Numbered from the stretch's first letter, positions 1 through 10,768 are shown. The stretch is 64,000 bases of DNA from Halarcobacter sp. (GCA_048571215.1 CP182352.1:2048001-2112000); one strand, 5' to 3'. Notes: a model not told the origin generated them from the sequence alone. Translations and numbers: made by a program.

Positions 1-244
1 CTGAAAACATAGATTTTTTAATAAAAGAATCTTTCTTTAAAATTAAAAGATCACATTTTTTATATTCACCACTACTAAATAATTTTGATTTGATAATATT
101 TGTTGGAATATGATAAAAATCTCTGTTTTGATCACAAAAAATATATACTAGTTCATCTTTTAAAACATCTTTCATTGCAATTGCAGAAACTATTGAAATC
201 TCATGTTCATATGAAACTGCCCCAAAAACAATACCTATTTTCAA
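1..244 (-). CDS. ddl: D-alanine--D-alanine ligase, N-terminal part (runs off the window start)
   Basis: Manual translation from TTG at 244, preceded by AAGGAG: MKIGIVFGAVSYEHEISIVSAIAMKDVL..., the Ddl N-terminal motif GGxSxEHE(I/V)S. Not in the ORF track because it is truncated. Confidence 0.93.
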   Translation of the reverse strand, partial: MKIGIVFGAVSYEHEISIVSAIAMKDVLKDELVYIFCDQNRDFYHIPTNIIKSKLFSSGEYKKCDLLILKKDSFIKKSMFS

Positions 245-346
245 ATTTTTCTCCTTTTAATCTCTAACTTACAAAGAGACTATAACTTCTATGTTTTCTA
301 TCTTCTATTAAATAAAGAATATTTGTTTACTTTATATTATGATTAT

Positions 347-907
347 CTATTTTTGTAATTTTTTAAGTGCTTCTCTAACCAACTCACTAGTATTTGTTGC
401 ATTACAGGTTTTTAATACTTTTGAAATAACATCTTTCTTGAATCCCAAAGACTCCAATGCCAAAGAAGCTTCTAAAGACGAAGATACATCTTCTCCATCC
501 TCTTCAACACCATCAATAATAAAGCCAGAGAGTTCTACAAGTATTCTACTTGCACCTTTGGGACCAATTCCAGGAACTCTTTTTAACATAGATACATCAT
601 TTGAACTAACTATTTGTGCAAATGAACCTGGAGTAAAGGTTGAGCATATAGCAAGTGCTACTTTAGGACCAACTCCATTTATCTTAATAACAGTATCAAA
701 TAATTTTTTTTCATTGGAATCTAAAAAACCATATAAAGATTGAGAATCTTCTCTTATTATATGTGTTATATATAACTTTATCTTATTATTAGTTATTTTT
801 GAACTACAATTAACTGATACAAAAACTTCGTATATAACTCCACTCACATTAATGTTTAGTAGAGTTGGCTCCTTTTTCTCAATATTACCTTCTAAACCTA
901 CAATCAT
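347..907 (-). CDS. ruvA: Holliday junction branch migration protein RuvA
   Basis: MIVGLEG start at 907 (the ORF track extends to 979). Contains [16 protein letters not shown] and [16 protein letters not shown]hH motifs and a C-terminal ALESLGF. Confidence 0.96.
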   Translation of the reverse strand: MIVGLEGNIEKKEPTLLNINVSGVIYEVFVSVNCSSKITNNKIKLYITHIIREDSQSLYGFLDSNEKKLFDTVIKINGVGPKVALAICSTFTPGSFAQIVSSNDVSMLKRVPGIGPKGASRILVELSGFIIDGVEEDGEDVSSSLEASLALESLGFKKDVISKVLKTCNATNTSELVREALKKLQK

Positions 908-1017
908 AACTGTTACTCTAACTTCAAATATATTTTTATAAATTTTATTAATCTTTAATATACAATAAATAATATTCATTATATAATAATCAAACTTAAA
1001 GAATAAGGGTTGAATTA

Positions 1018-3207
1018 ATGTTTAAATTAATTACAAAAAAAATAAGTAATAAAATAATAGTTTCACTATTTATACTTATGTCGCTATCTAGTTTAATTAT
1101 AACATATTTTACTACAAAACAAGTAGAGAAAGACTCTATAATCTCTACAAAAGCCAACCTTGATATGCTAAATACAGCAATGTTTCAAAGTCTTAGAAAT
1201 GCTATGAATACAGGTGATCCTGCTCAAATAAAAAAAGCTGAAGATGAAGCAAAAACTATAAAAGGTGTAAAACATTTAACAGTTGCAAAAAGTAAATCAC
1301 TAATAGAAATGTATGCACCAGAAACAAAATATACAACAGATAAAGATATCTTAAAATCATTTAAAACGAAAAAAAATCAAATCTTAGAATATGACAAAAA
1401 TAATGGTCATGAGTTAAGGATGATTAAGCCAATGATTGCTTCACAAGAGTGTTTAATGTGTCATGCAAATCAACAAGTTGGTGATGTAATTGGAGTATTT
1501 GATTTAACTTTTTCTTTAGATGAATCTGATGATAGAATTGGTCAATTGGTTATTGATATTTTAACACTTTCAACAATATTTGGTTGGATTACTATTGGAC
1601 TAATATTTTTTATTGTTAAAAAAGCCACAAACCCTATTGGTACACTTAAAAAAGGTTTTGAGAACTTACTAACTTCAAATGATTCTAACATTAAACTAGA
1701 AGTTACATCTAAAGATGAGATTGGTGAAGTTGCAGCTTTATTTAACTCTTATATGGATAAAGTCAGAGATGGTTTAAAACAAGATGAAAGAGTTATTGAA
1801 GAAGCAAATGATATTTTAGAAAAAACTGGAAATGGTTTCTTTGTATATCAGGTTAGTTCAACAGCTGCTAATCCATATGTTGAAGATTTAAAAAATAAAC
1901 TTAACACAATGATAAATCATACAAAAGAGACTTTAGATAAGATAAACAATACTCTTAAAAACTATGCTGAATCAAAATTTGATTATAAAATAGATGATAC
2001 AGGTATTTATGGTGACTTAGGTTCACTAACAGCTGGAATTAAATTGGTTGGGAATAACACTTCTGAAATTTTAGCAATGATTATGAATACTGGTGATTCA
2101 TTAAATCAAAATACACAAACTTTATCAGAAGCATCAAATAATCTATCTACATCATCAAATCAACAAGCAGCTTCTTTAGAAGAGACTGCTGCTGCTTTGG
2201 AACAAATAACTGGTAATATTCAAGGAAATACACAAGCATCAACACAGATGGCAAACCTAGCAAATGAAGTAACTTCATCTGCAAAAAATGGTCAAGACCT
2301 TGCAAATAAAACTGCAACAGCAATGGATGAGATAAATACACAAGTAAGTTCTATAAATGAAGCTATTGAAATGATTGATCAAATTGCATTCCAAACTAAT
2401 ATTCTTTCACTAAATGCTGCTGTTGAAGCTGCAACTGCAGGTGAAGCAGGTAAAGGCTTTGCTGTTGTAGCACAAGAAGTTAGAAACCTTGCAAGTAGAA
2501 GTGCAGAGGCTGCCAAAGAGATTAAAAATATCGTTGAAAAAGCTACAAGTAAAGCAAATGATGGAAAAGAAATTTCTGATAATATGATTAAAGGATATTC
2601 AGAACTTAATAAGAATATTGAGTTAACAATTGAAAAAATAGAGTATGTGGCAAATGCTTCAAAAGAGCAAGAAAAAGGTATCACTCAAATCAATGATGCA
2701 GTTAACCTACTAGACCAAGCTACACAAAAAAATGCACAAACTGCAGATCAAATTTCAATAATGTCTACACAAATTGCAGATATGTCTAATTCTCTTGTAA
2801 CAGCTGCTTCTAGAGCTAGCTTTTTACAAGATGCTAGAGAAGAGGTTTGTAATGTAGACTTAGTATATGATACTGCTAAATTAAAAGTAAATGTACTTGA
2901 AGTAAAAGATAAAGTATATTCTAAACTTGGTGATTTCAAAAAATGGAATAGTACAAGTTGTGAAGCAATGAATAGTTGGATTGAAGAATATACTGAGATT
3001 AATCCAGATACAAACTATGATTCTCTTGATGAATTAAAAGTTTTAAATGTTAACCTAAAAACAAAACTGCAAGCTTTGATTGATGCAAATGCAAATAAAG
3101 AATCAAATGAAACCTTAAATGAAAAAGCAAAAGATCTAGAGGGTGAAACCCTTAAAATCTTTGCAGCATTAAACAAACTAAAAAAAGATGCATGTAGCCA
3201 AAACTAA
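1018..3207 (+). CDS. Methyl-accepting chemotaxis protein with periplasmic CxxCH (c-heme) sensor and degenerate C-terminal CZB-like domain
   Basis: Two TM segments, CLMCH in the periplasmic region, HAMP ([12 protein letters not shown]) and the MCP hairpin [37 protein letters not shown]. Confidence 0.95.
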   Translation: MFKLITKKISNKIIVSLFILMSLSSLIITYFTTKQVEKDSIISTKANLDMLNTAMFQSLRNAMNTGDPAQIKKAEDEAKTIKGVKHLTVAKSKSLIEMYAPETKYTTDKDILKSFKTKKNQILEYDKNNGHELRMIKPMIASQECLMCHANQQVGDVIGVFDLTFSLDESDDRIGQLVIDILTLSTIFGWITIGLIFFIVKKATNPIGTLKKGFENLLTSNDSNIKLEVTSKDEIGEVAALFNSYMDKVRDGLKQDERVIEEANDILEKTGNGFFVYQVSSTAANPYVEDLKNKLNTMINHTKETLDKINNTLKNYAESKFDYKIDDTGIYGDLGSLTAGIKLVGNNTSEILAMIMNTGDSLNQNTQTLSEASNNLSTSSNQQAASLEETAAALEQITGNIQGNTQASTQMANLANEVTSSAKNGQDLANKTATAMDEINTQVSSINEAIEMIDQIAFQTNILSLNAAVEAATAGEAGKGFAVVAQEVRNLASRSAEAAKEIKNIVEKATSKANDGKEISDNMIKGYSELNKNIELTIEKIEYVANASKEQEKGITQINDAVNLLDQATQKNAQTADQISIMSTQIADMSNSLVTAASRASFLQDAREEVCNVDLVYDTAKLKVNVLEVKDKVYSKLGDFKKWNSTSCEAMNSWIEEYTEINPDTNYDSLDELKVLNVNLKTKLQALIDANANKESNETLNEKAKDLEGETLKIFAALNKLKKDACSQN

Positions 3208-3229
3208 AGAGAATCTCTTTTTAGTTTTG
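3199..3229. terminator. Probable bidirectional intrinsic terminator between the convergent MCP and cheZ-like genes
   Basis: CAAAACTAAAGAGA-ATC-TCTTTTTAGTTTTG hairpin that includes both stop codons. Confidence 0.6.
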
Positions 3230-3577
3230 CATGCTCTTGATTAATTCCTCTAACTCTTCATCACTAACAATATCTTCTTTATCACCAGCAATAAATTTAG
3301 CTGATGAAGCAAGACCAAAATTACTCACATCAATATCATTTCTTTGACATACATGATTTACAACTCTTTCTATCTTTTGTCTATGTAAATCTTGGTGTTG
3401 AAGTAAGCCAAATGAACTAGAGATTATATCATGGATTTTTTTTAACTCATGAGACGGTACATCAAGTTTTTCAAGTGAAGAATCAATGCTCTCCAAGTTT
3501 TCATATATGTTAATTGCATTTTTTTCTGATTCTTTTATAACATCACATAACTCTTTTATAAGCTCTTCATAAGTCAT
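3221..3577 (-). CDS. CheZ-like chemotaxis phosphatase (Campylobacterota type, short)
   Basis: LQHQDLHRQKIERV carries the DxxxQ phosphatase motif. C-terminal amphipathic tail VSDEELEELIKSM. Confidence 0.75.
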   Translation of the reverse strand: MTYEELIKELCDVIKESEKNAINIYENLESIDSSLEKLDVPSHELKKIHDIISSSFGLLQHQDLHRQKIERVVNHVCQRNDIDVSNFGLASSAKFIAGDKEDIVSDEELEELIKSMQN

Positions 3578-3669
3578 TTTTTTATCCCTTATTTAAAATA
3601 ATAATTATTTTAACTTATTTTAACTTAACAAATTAAGCTATATATAATAAAATTTTAAACTTTTTCTAA

Positions 3670-4734
3670 TCAATGGATAATTTCTGATATAAACTCAGTG
3701 GCATATGAACCTTTTGGTAAAGTAAATTGTAACTCCATCCAGTTTTTATCATCTTTATAGTTTGATTCTATATCTTGGGGAAATATCCAGGCAAATCTTC
3801 TTGCACCATCCTCTGTTAGTTCTCTATCAAACTCTTTTTCTATTGTTTGCGCTAAATCAACAGATCTTTTAACTCTTCTTCCACATAAAAGTCCTGTTGG
3901 AACCCTATCTTTTTCAAAAAACTTTAATGACTCAGCTTCTAAATCTTCCACATGAAAAATTTTTCCAAATGGGTAATGACTCATTAAATCACCAGGAACA
4001 AGCTTAAAAGGGTGCGCTTGCTTTTTCATCACTTTTACAACATCCAAAGGTAGATTTAATTTTTCATAAATCTCTTTTGGTTCAAAAGCATCAACTAATT
4101 TTGATATCTCTATTCTATTTGATAACCAAGAATTAAATAAATAACTTTGATATGAATTGATATACATCTGCTTTAGTTTTCTATTTTTCTCTTTTAGTTC
4201 ACCTTTAACTATAGCTTCACCCTTTTTATAATTGTCACCTTCTATTCCAAATCTTTGAAACCCAAAATAATTTGGCATACCATAAGTTGCTAGATGTGAT
4301 AAAACCTCTTCAATTTTTTTTGCTTCAACTTTTTTAACAAGTTTCAATCTAATAAAAAACTTATTACCTTTTAGGTGCCCTACTCTAATCTTATTGTTAT
4401 GTCTAGTTGTTTCTAAAATCTTGATTTTTTCATGGGAAAAATTTGATAACTTATCTTCAACACTTTTAGGTAAAGATATATGCTGAATTGTCATTGCATT
4501 TTTATCTTTCAAGCCTGCATAACCTATATCTCTAGATTTACATCCCAACTGTTCAGAAAATATCTGTACAGCATCCCAAGTTGTAAGTTCTTTTTTTCTA
4601 AACTTTATAATAATATGTTCACCCTCTCCACTAAATTCATATAATGGGATTTCTGTTACTACAAAATCATCTTTTGTTTGTTTAAATAGTACATCAATTT
4701 TAGAGTGAGTCAAATACTTTTGTAAATTTTCCAA
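3670..4734 (-). CDS. truD: tRNA pseudouridine(13) synthase TruD
   Basis: DFVVTE, GEGEH, YAGLKDKNAMTIQ (catalytic Asp), PNYFGFQRFG and FTLPKGSYAT. Confidence 0.96.
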   Translation of the reverse strand: MENLQKYLTHSKIDVLFKQTKDDFVVTEIPLYEFSGEGEHIIIKFRKKELTTWDAVQIFSEQLGCKSRDIGYAGLKDKNAMTIQHISLPKSVEDKLSNFSHEKIKILETTRHNNKIRVGHLKGNKFFIRLKLVKKVEAKKIEEVLSHLATYGMPNYFGFQRFGIEGDNYKKGEAIVKGELKEKNRKLKQMYINSYQSYLFNSWLSNRIEISKLVDAFEPKEIYEKLNLPLDVVKVMKKQAHPFKLVPGDLMSHYPFGKIFHVEDLEAESLKFFEKDRVPTGLLCGRRVKRSVDLAQTIEKEFDRELTEDGARRFAWIFPQDIESNYKDDKNWMELQFTLPKGSYATEFISEIIH

Positions 4735-4775
4735 TAATTTTCCTTTTTAAAATAGAACAAAGTTCACTTTTTTAT

Positions 4776-5603
4776 TTATTCAAAATGGTGATTTTTACAA
4801 TCACACTTATATTTACCTTTTATTGCTTTGGCAAAGATATTTAATCTTACATTATGTTTTTTTGCAATAGCTTTGATTTTTGCTTCATATTTTTTATTAA
4901 AACTAAACAAAAGTTCATACTCTTCCCCTGAACAACCTATATTTTTATCAATATTATAAAAAAATTCAAAACCAAGCTTACTACTTTTTGAGAGTCTTTC
5001 AAGTTCAAAAAATAAACCATCTGAGATATCCATAGAAGCATTAACATACTTTGAAACCTCATAAAAAAAATTTCCTTTTAATTTAGGTTCTATAAATTTT
5101 GATTTTTTAGATATTACACCACCTTTTAACAAGGTATTTAAATCCCTTTTACAAGTACCTAAACTACCTGTATAGCATACTAAATCATCTTTTTTTACAC
5201 CTGATCTAAGTTTTGGTTTTTTGCTTTTTGAGATAATAGTTATACTAATATCAAGTTTTACATTTGATATTGTATCTCCACCAATAATTTCAAGACCAAA
5301 CTCTTTTGCTGTATCATTAAAACCTTTTGATAGAGATTTTAAATCTTTTTTTGTAAAATATTTAGGAATTGCAACACTAAGTAGTGCATATTTTGGTTTT
5401 GCATTCATAGCAATAGCATCTGAGATATTGACTAACATAGCTTTTCTAGCTATTTCATATAAACTCATCCACTCTTTTTTAAAATGGATATTCTCAAAAA
5501 AAGCATCCATACTATAAATATACTTTCCAACAACTGCACCATCATCACCGATAATCTTTGAAGTTTTATCAAACTGTTTTATAAAAAAATCCTCTTTATT
5601 CAT
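4776..5603 (-). CDS. thiL: Thiamine-monophosphate kinase
   Basis: IGDDGAV, VNISDAIAMNAKP, IIGGDT, MDISDGL and GEEYELLF. Confidence 0.93.
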   Translation of the reverse strand: MNKEDFFIKQFDKTSKIIGDDGAVVGKYIYSMDAFFENIHFKKEWMSLYEIARKAMLVNISDAIAMNAKPKYALLSVAIPKYFTKKDLKSLSKGFNDTAKEFGLEIIGGDTISNVKLDISITIISKSKKPKLRSGVKKDDLVCYTGSLGTCKRDLNTLLKGGVISKKSKFIEPKLKGNFFYEVSKYVNASMDISDGLFFELERLSKSSKLGFEFFYNIDKNIGCSGEEYELLFSFNKKYEAKIKAIAKKHNVRLNIFAKAIKGKYKCDCKNHHFE

Positions 5604-5736
5604 GGCGTAATATTATCATAAATCTACTTTGTTTTCTGATTTTTAACTTAAAACTTTATTTTAGGATAAATATTATCCCATATTATTTAAAAAAATGTAG
5701 GTATAATACAGTAATTTTATTTTAAGGAGATTTATA

Positions 5737-6123
5737 ATGCCAAAGATTAACAAATATGTTGATATCGATACTGTTGAAAGAGAAGCAAAGAAAGATTTGA
5801 TTGATAGACACTCACCTTTCATCCACTGTGCAGAAACTGCAAAGCAAGGAGAGCCATTTGAGGTAACTGTAAAAATGGGTAACGAATATACTCATCCAGA
5901 TGATTTTGATCACTATATTGAGTCTGTTTCATTATTTAATGGAGAAACATTATTAGCAAAAGCTAGTTATGTTCCAGGTACATTAGGAAATGTTAAAGCT
6001 CATAATACTACAACATTTACTATTATCCCAACTGGTAAAAAACTTAACCTAGTAGCTCATGGTTACTGTACAAAACATGGTATCTGGGAAGGTACACCTG
6101 TAGAAGTAGCTGTAGAAGCTTAA
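5737..6123 (+). CDS. Class II superoxide-reductase-like (desulfoferrodoxin/neelaredoxin ferrous-binding) protein
   Basis: Metal ligand pattern RHSP...HPDDFDHYI...YCTKHGIW. Strong AAGGAG RBS. Confidence 0.85.
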   Translation: MPKINKYVDIDTVEREAKKDLIDRHSPFIHCAETAKQGEPFEVTVKMGNEYTHPDDFDHYIESVSLFNGETLLAKASYVPGTLGNVKAHNTTTFTIIPTGKKLNLVAHGYCTKHGIWEGTPVEVAVEA

Positions 6124-6144
6124 TCTATACATACCCTAATTTCG

Positions 6145-6184
6145 AAAAGGTAGAAGCTTTTTAAGCTTTTGCCTTTTTTTATTT
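6145..6184 (+). terminator. Rho-independent terminator of the SOR-like gene
   Basis: AAAAGGTAGAAGCTT-TTT-AAGCTTTTGCCTTTT stem followed by a T run. Confidence 0.85.
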
Positions 6185-6336
6185 TCTTGACTTCAGAAAA
6201 ACAACTATTTAAACTATCTATATATTGGAATTACTCCAAACTTCTAACTTCTTATATTTTGTTTTGTAAAATATTTCATAATAAAACAAGGTAAATTTAT
6301 GCATAATGTATCTATAAATCAAATTAAGGGAAAAAA

Positions 6337-6594
6337 ATGAAAAGATATATCATACTTTTAATGATTCCAGCAGCTTTCTTATTAGCTTCAAGTAAAAAAA
6401 ACTTTGGTGGTTGTGTAGAACAAAAACTTAATGAAAGAACAAGTCTATATTCTTGTCCACAAGCTCTTTTAGAGGTTACATTCAATATTAAACGTACAGG
6501 CAATGGATATGTTAGAGAACAAGATGAATCTCCAACTATAAAAATTTTGTCAGAAACAAAAGCTCAAATTATTAAAGTAAATGAAAAAAGATAG
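6337..6594 (+). CDS. Small secreted hypothetical protein (two Cys)
   Basis: AAGGG RBS, signal-peptide-like N-terminus MKRYIILLMIPAAFLLA, 85 aa. Confidence 0.7.
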   Translation: MKRYIILLMIPAAFLLASSKKNFGGCVEQKLNERTSLYSCPQALLEVTFNIKRTGNGYVREQDESPTIKILSETKAQIIKVNEKR

Positions 6595-6648
6595 TTTTAT
6601 AAAAATAAGATTTAGTTATTTAGAATTAATATAGAATATTTTAAGAAC

Positions 6649-6674
6649 AAATAGAAGACTCTAGTCTTCTATTT
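6649..6674. terminator. Probable bidirectional terminator between convergent genes
   Basis: Perfect inverted repeat AAATAGAAGACT-CT-AGTCTTCTATTT. Confidence 0.7.
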
Positions 6675-6677
6675 TAT

Positions 6678-6998
6678 TTATTGAAATTTAGTTTTTATAA
6701 AAGAACAACAATAATCAACTAAAGAAGTCACTTTTAGTTTATATTTACTATTTTGATCAATCTCAATTTCGGCTGGTGCAACATATTCTGCCCAATCTTC
6801 CGCTGGTAACATAATCTCTAATGTTCCTGAATTAATATGTAAAATTGTTTTATTTACTGTATTTAATTCATACTCACCTGGTAATATAATACCTAGTGTT
6901 TTTTTACTTCCATCTTCAAAAGTGATACTTCTACTTGTAATATTTCCATCATATAAAATGTTAGCTTGCTTTGCAATAGAGATATTAGTAAACTCCAT
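6678..6998 (-). CDS. ppnP: Pyrimidine/purine nucleoside phosphorylase PpnP (DUF1255 cupin)
   Basis: ANILYDGNITSRSITFEDGSKKTLGIILPGEYEL...DYCCSF. Confidence 0.85.
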   Translation of the reverse strand: MEFTNISIAKQANILYDGNITSRSITFEDGSKKTLGIILPGEYELNTVNKTILHINSGTLEIMLPAEDWAEYVAPAEIEIDQNSKYKLKVTSLVDYCCSFIKTKFQ

Positions 6999-7120
6999 TA
7001 GTCTTCCCTTTTTCTTTTTAATTTGAAGTATTCTACCATAAATATTATTTGAAGCAAATATCTAATTTTAATTTGTTATAATTTTTTGTAAATAAAATCA
7101 ATAAAAGTGCAAAAGGTAAT

Positions 7121-7738
7121 ATGCAAGGTTACATTATAGATATAAAAGCAGTAAAAGATGATGATTTGATAGTAGTAATACTAACAGAGAGTCACATCTA
7201 TACAACATATAGATTTTATGGAGCTAGACACTCAAACATAAATATAGGCTATAAAATTGATTTTGAATTAGAATCCAACCTTAAAAGTTCAATTCCAAGA
7301 CTAAAAGATGTTATTCAACTAGGATTTCAATGGATTTTTGATACAGAAAAACTATATTGTTGGCAAAGATATATAAAACTTTTTTATCCCCATTTAAAAG
7401 ATGTTGAGATAGTTGATGACTTTTATTTTAAACACTTAGATAGATTAACTCACAAAATGATAAAACAAAGTCCTAAAAGAGCTATTTGTAAAAGTTATCT
7501 AAAACTTTTACAATTTGAAGGTAGATTACATACTGAATTTAATTGTTTTTTATGTGAACAAGATATAAATGATGATATCTCTTTGGTTAGAAGTTTTATG
7601 CCAGTACATGCTAGTTGTACCTATAGTAGAAGTTTTGAATTTGAAAAAATACAAGATCTATTTTTAAATAAAAATATAATCAATCTTGAAGATGATGAGA
7701 TTGATTACTTATGGAATATACTACTTCAAGGATTATAG
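7121..7738 (+). CDS. recO: Recombination protein RecO (Campylobacterota type)
   Basis: MQGYII...YRFYGARHSNINIGYKIDFE, FEGRLH and zinc-finger residues CFLC...HASC. Confidence 0.88.
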   Translation: MQGYIIDIKAVKDDDLIVVILTESHIYTTYRFYGARHSNINIGYKIDFELESNLKSSIPRLKDVIQLGFQWIFDTEKLYCWQRYIKLFYPHLKDVEIVDDFYFKHLDRLTHKMIKQSPKRAICKSYLKLLQFEGRLHTEFNCFLCEQDINDDISLVRSFMPVHASCTYSRSFEFEKIQDLFLNKNIINLEDDEIDYLWNILLQGL

Positions 7739-7741
7739 TTA

Positions 7742-8554
7742 TTACTCATCTAGTAGTCTATCTTGTAGTTTAATAATAGCTTTTTGCAAACTTTCATAAT
7801 CAAGATTATACTCTTTTGCTTTTTTTAAACCTTCTTGAATATTTTTTTCACTTAAGGGGTCTATTATATTACATATAGTTTTTACAACATTTAAGATTTT
7901 TACTTTTTTTAGAATATTAGTATCTGTACACTCTTGTGGATTGTCCACATATTTTATAAGATTTATTAGATTGTTGCTTAATTGCCAATGTTCAAAAATG
8001 GCAGCAGTAACCTCAGCACTTGTCATATTTATAAAATTTTTTTCAACTTTAACTAAAGGCTTACCTTCTCTTATTTGTTTTTTAAATTCTTCTGCATCTT
8101 CATTACTCTCAACAATATCAGCAATAATAAACTTTCCAGTTTCTTGAAGAAGTGCAGGTAATACCAACTCCTCTTTAAGTTCATTTTTAAACCATAAAGA
8201 GACTAAACCAGATGAGAGATTTGAAGCTTTCATAAAGTCATCAGTATTGATAAGATATATAGATAAGTCACATCTTAAAAGATTGTTTATAGTTGAACTT
8301 ATAATTATGGAGATAGTAAAATTGATACCTAATAAATCTATTGCTTTACTTACAGTCTCAACTTTGCTTCTAAAACCAAACATTGCTGAGTTGGATATTT
8401 TTAATAGTGTAGATACAATCAATGCATCTTTTTCAACTATAGATACAAGCTCAGAAGATTCTTTATTTGGTTTATTTCTAAACTTTTCTATTTGTTCAAT
8501 AGTTTTAGGTAAAGGTGATATTGATTCAACTTTTTCAATGATATTATCTCTCAT
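7742..8554 (-). CDS. Stand-alone HDOD domain protein
   Basis: SPLPKT, DALIVSTLLKISNSAMFGF, AIDLLG, LLQETGK and AIFEHWQLS. Confidence 0.88.
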   Translation of the reverse strand: MRDNIIEKVESISPLPKTIEQIEKFRNKPNKESSELVSIVEKDALIVSTLLKISNSAMFGFRSKVETVSKAIDLLGINFTISIIISSTINNLLRCDLSIYLINTDDFMKASNLSSGLVSLWFKNELKEELVLPALLQETGKFIIADIVESNEDAEEFKKQIREGKPLVKVEKNFINMTSAEVTAAIFEHWQLSNNLINLIKYVDNPQECTDTNILKKVKILNVVKTICNIIDPLSEKNIQEGLKKAKEYNLDYESLQKAIIKLQDRLLDE

Positions 8555-8574
8555 ATTTTATACCTTAATAAATT

Positions 8575-9678
8575 TTATGTATTGAATCTAAAATGCATTA
8601 CATCACCATCTTTAACGATGTATTCCTTTCCTTCAAGTCTAAGTTTTCCAGCCTCTTTACATTTAGCTTCACCCCCAAGTGAAACAAAATCTTCATATGA
8701 AATAACCTCAGCTTTGATAAAACCTTTTTCAAAGTCATTATGTATTACAGCTGCTGCTTGTGGAGCTTTAGTATTTTTTCTAATAGTCCATGCTCTAACT
8801 TCAACTTTCCCTGCTGTGAAATATGATTGTAAACCTAACTTATCAAAGGCTTTATGGATAATTTGCTCTAAACCTGATTCTTCTACACCTAAATCAGTTA
8901 AGAACTCTATTGCTTCATCATCTTCTAAACCAACAAGTTCCTCTTCTATTTTAGCACAAAGCATAATCACATCAGCATCAACTTCACTTGCATGGGCTTT
9001 TAACTCATCAACATATTTATTTCCACCATCAGCTAAAGAGTCTTCATCAACATTTGCTCCATAAATCACATCTTTATTTGATAAAAATCTAAGCTCTTTA
9101 TCAAGTGAAATAAATAAATCATTCTCTTTATCTTCATATGTCTTAACAGGTTGTAACTCTTCAACATGTTTATATAAATCTTCAGCTACAACTAACATAG
9201 CAGCGGCTTCTTTAGAACCTTTTGATTGTTTTTTCAATCTTTCAATTTTCTTTTCAAGTTGAGTAATATCTGCATAAATCAATTCAGTTTCAATAATCTC
9301 AATATCTCTTAAAGGGTTTACATCACCTTCCACATGAACGATATTTCCATCTTCAAAACATCTAACCATATGTAAGATAACTTCAACTTCTCTAATATTT
9401 GATAAAAATTGATTTCCTAAACCTTCACCCTTACTTGCACCTCTAACTAAACCAGCAATATCAACAAAATCTATTGTTGAGTGTTGAATTTTATCTGGAA
9501 TTACAATTTTTGCTAATTCATCTAATCTTTTATCAGGAACTGGAACTATCGCTTTATTTGGTTCAATCGTACAAAATGGATAGTTTTGAGCCTCCGCATT
9601 TTGTGCTTTTGTCAATGCATTAAAAGTTGTTGATTTTCCTACATTTGGTAATCCTACTATACCTACACCTAAACCCAT
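8575..9678 (-). CDS. ychF: Redox-regulated ATPase YchF (Obg family)
   Basis: GIVGLPNVGKST, NYPFCTIEPN, DIAGLVRGASKGEGLGNQFL and a C-terminal TGS domain. Confidence 0.98.
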   Translation of the reverse strand: MGLGVGIVGLPNVGKSTTFNALTKAQNAEAQNYPFCTIEPNKAIVPVPDKRLDELAKIVIPDKIQHSTIDFVDIAGLVRGASKGEGLGNQFLSNIREVEVILHMVRCFEDGNIVHVEGDVNPLRDIEIIETELIYADITQLEKKIERLKKQSKGSKEAAAMLVVAEDLYKHVEELQPVKTYEDKENDLFISLDKELRFLSNKDVIYGANVDEDSLADGGNKYVDELKAHASEVDADVIMLCAKIEEELVGLEDDEAIEFLTDLGVEESGLEQIIHKAFDKLGLQSYFTAGKVEVRAWTIRKNTKAPQAAAVIHNDFEKGFIKAEVISYEDFVSLGGEAKCKEAGKLRLEGKEYIVKDGDVMHFRFNT

Positions 9679-9742
9679 TATTAACCTTTTTTATGTTTTA
9701 AATTTGTTGGGATAATACCCTTATTTTCATTAATATACAAAT

Positions 9743-10738
9743 TTACCCTAGTTTACAACTAAGGTTTTTTTCTATTAGTTTTCTATCTAAATATGTTTGA
9801 TCTGATTGTATCTCATCTATAGATACCGTTGCACTTCCAGATTTTCTTAGAACTACACCACTTGCTAAATTTGCAAACTCAACTGCATCATAAATAGTAT
9901 TATCTAAAGCTAAAGCAAAACCTAAAGAGGCAAGTACCGTATCACTAGCTCCTGTTACATCATAAACCTCTAATGGAACAGTTGGCATAACAGATAGTTT
10001 ATCATCTCTTAAGATAGCTATTCCATCTTCTGCTAAAGTAATAATAGAAAGTTGTGTTTCATTTTGCTCTTTTAAAGTAATTAATGCATCTAGTAACTTA
10101 TCATCACTATCAATTGTAATTCCAGTTGCATTTTGTGCTTCTGTTTTATTTGCTATTAGTAAATATGCATTTTTGTATTTGCTATAATCTTTTCCAAATG
10201 GATCAACAACTACTTTTACACTGTTTTTATTTGCATATGAGATGATTTTTTTAGTAAAGTCTTTTGTTAAAACACCTTTCCCATAATCAGCAAGTAATAT
10301 TATATCGTATGCATTTATCTTCTCTTGTAATTTTGAATAAAGTTTTTCAACATTATCAAAAGAGATATTGTTTCTACTCTCATGGTCAAATCTAAAAACC
10401 TGAGTTCTACCATCAACCATAACTCTAGTTTTTCTTGATGTTTTTCTACCTTTTTGCTCTAAAAGAAAAGATTTAGTTTCAATCTCATCAAGCATATGTT
10501 TTAATAATCTTGCATCATCATCACTACCAACAACTGACATTACACTAACTTTTGCTCCAAGTGAAGCTAAATTTCTAATAACATTTCCAGCTCCACCTAA
10601 AAAGTTTTTTTCCTCTTTTATATCTACAACAGGTACAGGAGCATCTAAAGCTATCCTGTCACAATTTCCAACTAAAAAAGTATCAATCATCAAATCACCG
10701 ATTACTAATATCTTTGGTTTTTTTTCAATATTAATCAT
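9743..10738 (-). CDS. Kinase-only HldE/RfaE paralogue (PfkB family, heptose-7-phosphate kinase-like)
   Basis: [10 protein letters not shown]...DAPVPVV...LGGAGNV...VYDVTGASDT, with no nucleotidyltransferase domain. Start at 10738 follows AGGA. Confidence 0.85.
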   Translation of the reverse strand: MINIEKKPKILVIGDLMIDTFLVGNCDRIALDAPVPVVDIKEEKNFLGGAGNVIRNLASLGAKVSVMSVVGSDDDARLLKHMLDEIETKSFLLEQKGRKTSRKTRVMVDGRTQVFRFDHESRNNISFDNVEKLYSKLQEKINAYDIILLADYGKGVLTKDFTKKIISYANKNSVKVVVDPFGKDYSKYKNAYLLIANKTEAQNATGITIDSDDKLLDALITLKEQNETQLSIITLAEDGIAILRDDKLSVMPTVPLEVYDVTGASDTVLASLGFALALDNTIYDAVEFANLASGVVLRKSGSATVSIDEIQSDQTYLDRKLIEKNLSCKLG

Positions 10739-10768
10739 ATTATTTCCTAATTGCATTATAAATCTATT

